Positions 37,453-45,233 of a DNA stretch of 64,000 nucleotides are shown piece after piece. Source of the DNA: Bryobacteraceae bacterium. GTDB taxonomy: Bacteria; Acidobacteriota; Terriglobia; Bryobacterales; Bryobacteraceae. A program made the translations under genes and the position numbers. The DNA lies in the NCBI GenBank assembly GCA_965277435.1, contig OZ255821.1, positions 1,784,930-1,848,929 of the forward strand, in the 5' to 3' direction. How positions within the stretch are numbered: position 1 is the stretch's first letter; each line of letters begins with the position of its first letter. The notes beneath the pieces are model-generated. The model did not search any database. It saw nothing but the letters and a program-made list of their open reading frames with translations, and was not told where the DNA came from.

Positions 37453-37488
37453 AGAAGTAGTCTAACGTAGCGATCGCCCATTTCAATT

Positions 37489-39585
37489 ATGTTTATGCGC
37501 TCCCCGGGACCCGCTCTGGCTGCACGATTTCTGCTGATTCTGCTCGCGGCCTGGGCAGCCTGCAACTGGGGAGCGACGATTTACCGGATCACTCAACTCT
37601 ACGTCGCCATTCCGACGTGGGATTATTGGCGCGTCGCGGCCAATGCATCGAATATACGAGCGTTTGACTTCCGCTATCTCTGGCAGCAGCACAACGAGCA
37701 CCGGATTGTCGGTCCGGACATTGTGTTTGCGATCGACCTGCTCCTGTTTCATGCGCGCCGGATTTTGCCTATCGTCCTTAGTTTCGTTTTTTATCTCGGA
37801 TGCTGGCTATTCATTGCGCGCTGCATAGCAGCAGACACTCTGCTCTCGGTAGAGACGCGAGGATTTGCCATCGCGCTGGCGGGAATCATGATCGGCTGGC
37901 GAGGTAGCGCTCTGGCGCTCGCGGATCCCTTCCTGATTGCTTGGACGCTTATGGAGTTCGCTTTCCTGTTTGCCTTGTGGCTGGTTTCCCGGGCGATCTC
38001 GGGCTCTGCCAGTCGATGGCTGCCGGCGGGTGTAGTTGCTTTGGGATTTATCGCGACTTACTCGTCGGGAAACGGACTGCTGGTCTGGCCGGTGCTCGTG
38101 GTCGCGGCTTACCTATGTGGCTGGACGAAACGGTTAACAGGTGCGCTGGCGATCAGCGGCGTAGTGGCCGACGGCGTGTATTTCGTGGGCTATCGCTTCG
38201 ACGGAAATCTGCAGCCGGCAATTCTGTTCCGGCACCCTGCCTACACGATGGCGTTTCTAGCTTCCTATCTCAGCATGCCGTTTGGAGGCATGAAGAGTCC
38301 GCAATTTGGCGTCTATGTGGGACTGTGCCAGCTGGCTGTCATGCTGCTGCTATTCAGCGTGGCGCTGCGCCACAGACTGCTGGCCACGAGAACCGGAATC
38401 GTCCTCTTCGGCTCGTATCTTTTTACGATTCTGGCGGCCTTGCTGACGGCCGCGGGCCGCATGGAACCGGGAGACGGTTTTTATACGAACGCCAAAGCTA
38501 CGCGCTATCTGACGCTATTGATGATCAACTGGGGCGTTTGTGCCGCAGCGCTCCTCTGGCTCTGCGCACGCCGTGGCTGGCGTGTAACGCCGCCAGTTTT
38601 AGCAGTGCTGCTGGGTGTCCTTATAGCGATTGGATTTCTCAAACTGCGCTGGTGGGAACGGACAGGCATCCGCCCGTATGTTGATGCGCAGGTGACGCAG
38701 CTCAGTGTGGAGAACGGGGTTCAAGACCCTCGGCTTCTGCGGAATATTTTCCCCAGTCCCGAGTTTGCCGAACAGTACCTTAAAGTCCTTCAGGCCGATG
38801 ATCTTTCGATTTATTCCAATGCTCAGATGCAACCTCAAACGCGCGTCGTGCGAAAAGACGCTTCAAAAATCGCAGGTGAAATCACGCGCATCTTTCCGCT
38901 TCAATCCGGGGTGGAGATTGTGGGCTGGACTAGAGCCACTACCAATCGCGTGACGGTAGTGAATGAATCCGGCGAATTGGTTGGCAGTGGACGACGACTA
39001 TCGCTCGGCCTCCCCTCGGAATTGCTGACACTCGATACGCCGCCCAGCCTGGCCTGGATTGCGTTTGTGCCGGCTCAGTATGCCAGCGGGCTTTTCTCTG
39101 TCGATAGCGGGCCGTTCCAAATCGGCGAATCCCGCCCCTTTCCGCAAGTCACAGTTGTGGATGAATCGCAAGTGGGCGCTGATATTTCTCCTATCGAGTG
39201 GCGCAAAGATCCAGCGTGGACGCAGAACGGTCAGCCGCCATTCAAACTACGCGGACCGGCGCCACGCGGACCGGTCTACGGTAGTTGGAGCGGAGCCGAC
39301 AGCCAAGTGGGCGCGATTCAATCGAGCAGCATCACAGTGCCAATTGATGGCTGCCTCATCGTGCCTGTGTTGCATGGGCCATCGACCAAGCCGTTGAACG
39401 TAGAAGTGCGCGACTCCGCTAACGGGACGATTCTGGAACGACTTCCGATGCAGGACGAAGATATGCAATGGGAATTCTGGCGCATCCCCATTCGTGGTTC
39501 AAGCAAAGTGCAGATCGTAGCCAGTGACCAAGGCAGAAACGATGGAGAATGGCTGGCGATTGGTACACCTGCGCGGTGCAAGTAG
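37489..39585 (+). CDS. large polytopic membrane protein with a C-terminal soluble domain; possibly a GT-C-type (ArnT/PMT-like) glycosyltransferase
   Basis: There are at least 10 hydrophobic helices in the first ~400 aa, followed by a ~280-aa non-membrane domain. It is divergent from the GT2/SDR operon. I recognised no diagnostic motif, so the function is inferred from context only. Confidence 0.45.
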   Translation: MFMRSPGPALAARFLLILLAAWAACNWGATIYRITQLYVAIPTWDYWRVAANASNIRAFDFRYLWQQHNEHRIVGPDIVFAIDLLLFHARRILPIVLSFVFYLGCWLFIARCIAADTLLSVETRGFAIALAGIMIGWRGSALALADPFLIAWTLMEFAFLFALWLVSRAISGSASRWLPAGVVALGFIATYSSGNGLLVWPVLVVAAYLCGWTKRLTGALAISGVVADGVYFVGYRFDGNLQPAILFRHPAYTMAFLASYLSMPFGGMKSPQFGVYVGLCQLAVMLLLFSVALRHRLLATRTGIVLFGSYLFTILAALLTAAGRMEPGDGFYTNAKATRYLTLLMINWGVCAAALLWLCARRGWRVTPPVLAVLLGVLIAIGFLKLRWWERTGIRPYVDAQVTQLSVENGVQDPRLLRNIFPSPEFAEQYLKVLQADDLSIYSNAQMQPQTRVVRKDASKIAGEITRIFPLQSGVEIVGWTRATTNRVTVVNESGELVGSGRRLSLGLPSELLTLDTPPSLAWIAFVPAQYASGLFSVDSGPFQIGESRPFPQVTVVDESQVGADISPIEWRKDPAWTQNGQPPFKLRGPAPRGPVYGSWSGADSQVGAIQSSSITVPIDGCLIVPVLHGPSTKPLNVEVRDSANGTILERLPMQDEDMQWEFWRIPIRGSSKVQIVASDQGRNDGEWLAIGTPARCK

Positions 39586-39654
39586 GTTTAGAAGAGGGCG
39601 CGTTTATGAATGCTGATCCGCATATTGGGCCGCACTATCGGATAGTGCGAGCCA

Positions 39655-40287
39655 TTGTCGATGCTGATGTACTTTGATACTGTGAACTTCGAAAGATTCC
39701 TTGGGATTTCGGCGCTGGCTGTATTTGGTTTATATGAATACACAAGTCGTCAGACTCACCAGAGACTAAAATTACCCTTCCTAGGGTTTGTTTGTGTAAT
39801 TTCCGCGTACGCGCTTTTTGGCAAATACATTTTACGGTGGCTCGCCACTAGCCGCATACCAAGCGGGCTCGCAGCTAGTCGATTCCTAGAGTGGCCCGTC
39901 AACAAACTCCGCAATTGGCTTCGCGTAAGGGACGAAACGCGATTAGCTAACTTTAGTGCGCCAGACTTCATGGAGTCTGAACGACACCTCCGTGACGGTA
40001 ATGTGCTCAGTGGGCTATTACTGATAGCCATGTTCCTGCTTTTAAGCGTCTTTACTTTCATGAACTCACGCTCACTTATGAATCCGATAGCGCCTCCGGT
40101 AAACCCTGGCTCTTTTGCTTTTTCGGTGATAAGTCAGCTCTTATGTGCTTTAGGGGCTTTGTTAGCCCTTTCAAACGCAATGGACCATCACAAATGGACT
40201 ACTTCGCAAAATGTGGAAAAAGAAAGCGCCCGCCTAAAAACGAAACTCGAGCTGCATTCAATGGCGGCAGCGGTACCTGATTCCTAA
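39655..40287 (+). CDS. hypothetical membrane protein in an AT-rich islet
   Basis: 210-aa ORF with several hydrophobic segments. The composition is visibly AT-richer than the flanks. No family recognised. Confidence 0.4.
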   Translation: MSMLMYFDTVNFERFLGISALAVFGLYEYTSRQTHQRLKLPFLGFVCVISAYALFGKYILRWLATSRIPSGLAASRFLEWPVNKLRNWLRVRDETRLANFSAPDFMESERHLRDGNVLSGLLLIAMFLLLSVFTFMNSRSLMNPIAPPVNPGSFAFSVISQLLCALGALLALSNAMDHHKWTTSQNVEKESARLKTKLELHSMAAAVPDS

Positions 40288-40392
40288 CCATCGGTACAAT
40301 CATTTTGAAATTAGCGTTGAGTCACACGCTTAAGAAGCATCAACAAAAATTTGTTCAACTACCTATCAGCGAGAGAACAACCATTCGTCGAA

Positions 40393-41692
40393 TGACCGAC
40401 CCGAGACATAGGTAACAGAACGTACCGGAGACATGGGTTACACTTTTCCGCCTGAGGGGAGGCGGGAGAAGGGAATGCCATGGAAGGAGAGTTCTGTTAT
40501 GGACGAACGAATGCGGTTTGTCATTCGGCTCAAGATGGCGAAAGCATGGCTTCGCTGTGCCGGGAGTTTGGGATCTCGCGCAAGACTGGATACAAGATCG
40601 CCGAGCGTTACGAGCAATGCGGTCTGGAAGGGCTCAGCGATCGCGCGCGCCGACCATTCCGCTACGCCAACCAACTGCCTGAGCAAATCGAAGCGACCAT
40701 TGTGGCGGCCAAACGGGAGAAGCCGCACTGGGGCGCACGCAAGATCCGCGAGCGGTTGCTGCGACAAGTGCCGCACGCGATCAAAGTGCCCGCCGCCAGT
40801 ACCGTGCATGCGGTGCTCGATCGTCATGGCCTCGTTCAGCGCATGGCGCGGCCCCGCACGCGAGCCGAAGGCACGCCCCTTTCGGATGGCTTGCGGCCGA
40901 ACGATCTGTGGTCGACCGACTACAAGGGCGAGTTCCAGCTCGGCGACAAGCGCTACTGCTATCCGCTCACCGTGACCGACCACGCTTCCCGTTATTTACT
41001 TCTGTGTGAAGCTTTGGAATCGAATCGCGAAGAGCTGGCGTTGCGGGCCTTTGACCGGCTGTTTCGCGAACGCGGCTTACCGCAGGCCATTCGTTCGGAC
41101 AACGGCGTACCATTTGCTTCCCCGAACGGCTTGTTCCAGCTTTCCAAGCTGTCGGTGTGGTGGCTGCGCCTGGGCATCTCGATCGAACGTATTCGCCCCG
41201 GTCATCCGCAACAGAATGGCCGGCAGGAGCGCATGCACCTGACTCTGAAGAAAGAAGCTACCCGCCCGGCAGGCGCCAACTTCCTCCAGCAACAGGGAAA
41301 GTTCGATACGTTCCTAGAAGAATTTAATAACGAACGTCCGCAGGAGGCGCTAGCGATGCAGTGTCCCGCCGAGTTGTATGCGGCTTCTCCCCGACCGTAT
41401 CTCGGCATCCCGGAACCGCACTACCCGTTTCACGATAAAACGGTGCTGGTGACCTGTTGCGGACGCCTCTGCTTGCATCGCAAGAAAATCAATCTGAGCA
41501 CATCGCTAGCCGGCCAAGCCGCCGGCATCAAGGAAGTCGAAGACGGCATCTGGCTGGTCAGCTTTATGGACTACGACTTGGGTTATATCGACTTGGAGGA
41601 AAAAACTTTGCAGCCCCTCGAAAACCCCTTCGGGCCAAAAGTGTTACCTATGTCTTAGGAACAATCTGTTACCTATGTGTCCGGTTCGGACA
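40393..41692 (+). mobile_element. IS481-like insertion sequence (~1.3 kb) with imperfect terminal inverted repeats
   Basis: The left end TGACCGACCCGAGACATAGGTAACAGAACG... pairs with the reverse complement of the right end, TGTCCGAACCGGACACATAGGTAACAGATTG.... It contains a single DDE transposase gene. No clear target-site duplication was found. Confidence 0.75.
40475..41658 (+). CDS. IS481-family DDE transposase (rve integrase core); the native N-terminus is in another frame, with a frameshift near 40529-40536, and the intact ORF runs from ATG 40480
   Basis: MPWKESSVMDERMRFVIRLK (frame of 40475) continues as DGESMASLCREFGISRKTGYKI (frame of 40480), together forming the typical IS481 HTH N-terminus. 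DDE region: WSTDYKG, IRSDNGVPF, QQNGRQERMH. Confidence 0.85.
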
Positions 41693-41701
41693 AAGTTTCG
41701 C

Positions 41702-41779
41702 TGGTCGGGCCGCCGGGATTTGAACCCGGGACCTCTTGCACCCCAAGCAAGCGCGCTAGCCAGGCTGCGCCACGGCCCG
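41702..41779 (-). tRNA. tRNA-Pro (GGG anticodon)
   Basis: Hand-folded cloverleaf: acceptor CGGGCCG/CGGCCCG, D stem GCGC/GCGC, anticodon stem CTTGC/GCAAG with loop TTGGGGT, T arm CCGGG-TTCAAAT-CCCGG, encoded CCA. Confidence 0.9.
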
Positions 41780-41808
41780 AAGACCCTAGTTTATCGCAAG
41801 GGACAAAA

Positions 41809-42939
41809 CTAGTAGGAAGTATTGGCTTGGCGGCGATCCGCCACGATGGTGACCTCCATGTCGCGAGCGAGCTGAACGACCTCATTCACCAGACTCTTTT
41901 GCGTCATTCGTTCGAGCCCCTTCGCTACAATCCGGGGCAGGAAGATTTGACGTGCGTTGTGCAGCCGCGCGAAGTCGACAATTGCTTGCGCGTGATCGGT
42001 ACCGGCCAGGACACGAGTTTCTATGTGCAGATTGCGGGCAAAATTGAGGTGCCGCTCGATGGCTTTGCGCTGGGCCGGCGGCGAGGTCTGCAAGTCGCCT
42101 TTCTCTGCCACCAACACGGCAAAACAATTCCCGCCCATAATGTCCGCTACTCGTTTGCCGCGGCGGATCAGCATGGCTGTCGAAGGATCGTCGCTGATAT
42201 AGATGACAACTGCGTCATCCTGGCGGCGCGTCCGCACCTTAGCCGGCCACGGCTGCTCGGAAAGAATCAGCGGAGCGGATTCACCTTGCTCAATTCTGCC
42301 TTCCAGTTCGTGCGCCGTCTGCCGCAGCGCCAGTTCCCGGAGGGCGACCAGCGTGGATTCTTTGAAAAAATTCTCAAGAGCGAGTTTGGCTTTGTCGGGC
42401 GCGTAAACAACACCGCGCTCCAGCCGGTTCAGCAGAGCGCGCGGCGTCAGGTCAACCATGATCACTTCGTCCGCCCGTTTCACCACCCAGTCGGGAATCG
42501 TTTCGCGGACCCTCACTCCCGTGATCTGTCCCATTTGATCGTTCAAACTTTCCAGGTGCTGCACGTTCATCGTGGTGAGCACATCGATACCGGCATCGAG
42601 CAGCACCAGCACGTCCTCCCACCGCTTCTCACGTGCTGAACCGGGCACGTTCGTATGCGGAAACTCATCAACGACTGCAATCTCGGGATGCCGCTCGAGA
42701 ATGCCTTCGGTGTTCATCTCTTCGAACACCGAACCGCGATAGCTCACCAGTTTGCGTGGAACCATCTCCAAGCCTTCGGTCTTCGCGATGGTATCTTTGC
42801 GGCCATGCGGCTCAAAGTAGCCGATGAGAACATCCGAGCCGCGCGCTTTCAGGCCTTGCGCCTCTTCGAGCATCTGGTAGGTCTTTCCTACTCCGGCTGC
42901 GTAACCGAGGAAGATCTTGAGCTTCCCGCTGCCGTTCAT
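41809..42939 (-). CDS. stand-alone KdpD N-terminal sensor domain plus USP domain protein (no kinase domain)
   Basis: KIFLGYAAGVGKTYQMLEEA...VVDEFPHTN matches the KdpD N-terminal domain. The ATG at 42939 overlaps the kdpE stop as ATGA. Confidence 0.85.
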   Translation of the reverse strand: MNGSGKLKIFLGYAAGVGKTYQMLEEAQGLKARGSDVLIGYFEPHGRKDTIAKTEGLEMVPRKLVSYRGSVFEEMNTEGILERHPEIAVVDEFPHTNVPGSAREKRWEDVLVLLDAGIDVLTTMNVQHLESLNDQMGQITGVRVRETIPDWVVKRADEVIMVDLTPRALLNRLERGVVYAPDKAKLALENFFKESTLVALRELALRQTAHELEGRIEQGESAPLILSEQPWPAKVRTRRQDDAVVIYISDDPSTAMLIRRGKRVADIMGGNCFAVLVAEKGDLQTSPPAQRKAIERHLNFARNLHIETRVLAGTDHAQAIVDFARLHNARQIFLPRIVAKGLERMTQKSLVNEVVQLARDMEVTIVADRRQANTSY

Positions 42940-43640
42940 GACGTCGCTGGCATGGCGAACCGGTAGCCCACCCAAGGTTCTGTCAACACGTACTGCGGAT
43001 GCGCAGGATCGATCTCAATCTTCTTGCGCAGTTGGCTGACAAATACCCGCAGATACTCTACTTCGTTACCGTACTCCGGTCCCCAAAGTGTTTGCAGGAG
43101 CTTGCGATGTGTAACTGGACGGTTCGCGTTCGATACGAGGTACTGCAACAGGTCGAATTCTTTTGGTGTGAGGCGGACCGGCTTGCCTGCCACGATCACC
43201 TGCCGGGCGGCAAAATTGATCGAGAGCTGATCGGAAACAACGATCGGCTCAGGACTCTCTTCCTGAACAGGTTGACGTCGCAGATTGGCCCGGATACGAG
43301 CAGTGAGCTCGTTCACGCTGAAGGGCTTAGTCACGTAGTCGTCGGCGCCTGCATCGAGTCCGGTGATCTTATCGGCTTCGCTGTTCCGCACCGAAAGCAG
43401 GATGATAGCGGCTTCGGAGATAGCTCGGATCTCGCGGCAGGCAGCAATACCACCCATCCCCGGCATGTTGATGTCGAGCAGTATCAGATCGGGGTCGGCC
43501 CCTTTCAGCAGGCCAAGAGCTTCTTCGCCGGTGCCGGCTTCGACCACCTCATACTTCTGCGCGGTCAATGCGGTTTTCACAACGCGCCGAATCTGCGGCT
43601 CGTCGTCGACGAGGAGAATGCGTGCCTTGGTATCGATCAT
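42936..43640 (-). CDS. kdpE: OmpR-family response regulator, KdpE-like
   Basis: Receiver domain (ILLVDDEPQIRR, LLDINMPGMGG) plus a winged-helix output domain (LTPKEFDLLQYL...GYRF). It is flanked by the two KdpD-derived genes. Confidence 0.85.
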   Translation of the reverse strand: MIDTKARILLVDDEPQIRRVVKTALTAQKYEVVEAGTGEEALGLLKGADPDLILLDINMPGMGGIAACREIRAISEAAIILLSVRNSEADKITGLDAGADDYVTKPFSVNELTARIRANLRRQPVQEESPEPIVVSDQLSINFAARQVIVAGKPVRLTPKEFDLLQYLVSNANRPVTHRKLLQTLWGPEYGNEVEYLRVFVSQLRKKIEIDPAHPQYVLTEPWVGYRFAMPATS

Positions 43641-43650
43641 CGCAGCAAGA

Positions 43651-45207
43651 TCAAGCGGGATGAGTCACCTGGCGATCAACCGGCAGCTCTTTGGAAGCAG
43701 CGTGTAAGGTGATCGTAAAACGCGACCCCTGACCCACCAGGCTTTCTACAGCGATCGCGCCGCCATGAGCCTCCACGATTTCCTTGGCGATTGCCAGGCC
43801 CATGCCGGTGCCCTGGATGCGGGAGCTGTCGTAACGTCCCCGAAAGAATTTCTCAAAGACGCGGCTCTGTTCCACATCCGTCAAACCCTGGCCGCGATCT
43901 TGCACCGCGATCGAGACAAGCCCGTTCAACTCTTCGGCCGTGACCACAATATCCGAGCGTGCCGGGCTGTACTTCAGCGCATTGTCCAGCAATTGTTTGA
44001 GGGCCTGCACAAGCAGTTCGCGATCGACAAACACGGGCGGCAGGTCTGCCTGTAGCTGGATTTGGATACGCCCAGCGCTAGCGCGTTCCGCAATACTCTC
44101 CAGAGCGGCTTGAAGAAGAGTTTCGATCGAAAGCGGTTCCGCTTCCAGCTTTAGTTTCTTAGCATCAATGCGAGCCAGATGAATGGCCTCTTCCACCAAA
44201 CGCCTGAGCCCCTTGGTTTCTGTCTTCACCACCGCAATCAAATCTGTCTGCTGTTCGAGCGTGGTCTGGGCTGCCGGCAGCAGCATATCGGTAGCAGCCT
44301 CGATGATGGTGAGCGGTGTTTTCAGATCGTGCGCCAGCGCGTCGATCATAACCGATTTAAGCTCTTCCCCCTGGCGAATTGCGTTCGCCCGCGTGCTTGC
44401 TTCGAGGGCCATTGCCTGAGCCAAGGCAACCGCGACCGTGTTCGCAAGAACCTGCATGCTCGATTCGGGGAGCGCCTTGCCCGAAAAAGCCAGGCTGCCG
44501 AATGTTTTGTTCCCAAGCGCAATGGGAATCACGGAGGTACACACATCTTTGCGGCAGTCGAAAAAGCCGCACACGGCTGCCCGCTTTAACACTTCGTCTG
44601 GAAATGAACCGGGGATCTGCGAGCGCTGAATCAATCCCGATGAGCTTTCGTACAGCGCGACTTCCGAGAATTCGAAGAGCTCCATGCATTTGTTCACAAT
44701 GAGGCGACGAACATCTTCTCCACTAATCAGCAGCATGGCGCGGCTCAACGCGTGCAGTTTTTCGGTTTCCTTTTGCTGGGCAATCAATTCCTGCCGTTGC
44801 TGGCGGGCGCGCGTGGAAAGCCTGGTGGCCAGCAGTGAGACAGCCAGAAACACCAGCAAGCTGAACCAGCCTTGCAGGTCGCCGATCGTAATCGTTCGAA
44901 TCGGCGGAACAAAAAAGTAGTCGAGACACAGAGCAGCCGTCAGAGAAGCCGCCACCGCTTCGCCCAAACGGGCATAGGTTCCGGCAATCAGAACGGCGAG
45001 AAGAAGAACCATGGCCGCCACTGCCGCCGTGGCTCCCACCGCGTAGCCAAGGCAGGACAGGCCGATGATTCCGGCAATGACAGCTGCAACGGCACGCACG
45101 CGAAGCGCGCTTATTTTCAGGTCGCGCAGCGCGCCCACATCGAACCTGCGCAATGCGCCCATGTCAATCACAAGTGTAGCGATTTCGCGACAAATAAGCG
45201 TAAGCAT
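43651..45207 (-). CDS. kdpD: histidine kinase corresponding to the C-terminal half of KdpD (DUF4118 TM region, GAF-like, HisKA, HATPase_c); start uncertain
   Basis: TM block ending LCLDYFFVPP. H-box ALAHDLKTPLT, N-box LLDNALKYS, G-boxes DRGQGL and GTGMGLAI. Confidence 0.85.
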   Translation of the reverse strand: MLTLICREIATLVIDMGALRRFDVGALRDLKISALRVRAVAAVIAGIIGLSCLGYAVGATAAVAAMVLLLAVLIAGTYARLGEAVAASLTAALCLDYFFVPPIRTITIGDLQGWFSLLVFLAVSLLATRLSTRARQQRQELIAQQKETEKLHALSRAMLLISGEDVRRLIVNKCMELFEFSEVALYESSSGLIQRSQIPGSFPDEVLKRAAVCGFFDCRKDVCTSVIPIALGNKTFGSLAFSGKALPESSMQVLANTVAVALAQAMALEASTRANAIRQGEELKSVMIDALAHDLKTPLTIIEAATDMLLPAAQTTLEQQTDLIAVVKTETKGLRRLVEEAIHLARIDAKKLKLEAEPLSIETLLQAALESIAERASAGRIQIQLQADLPPVFVDRELLVQALKQLLDNALKYSPARSDIVVTAEELNGLVSIAVQDRGQGLTDVEQSRVFEKFFRGRYDSSRIQGTGMGLAIAKEIVEAHGGAIAVESLVGQGSRFTITLHAASKELPVDRQVTHPA

Positions 45208-45233
45208 TTCATAAATGTGAGTAGACTGAAACC

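Noticed and set aside
40433-40983. 180-aa plus-strand and 181-aa minus-strand ORFs overlapping the transposase 5' region
   Set aside because: Only the first ~20 codons of the plus ORF are meaningful (the native transposase N-terminus before the frameshift). The rest, and the antisense ORF, are shadow frames.
42999-43712. A 237-aa plus-strand ORF antisense to kdpE
   Set aside because: It lies antisense to a response-regulator gene with clear receiver and winged-helix motifs, and it has no motifs of its own.
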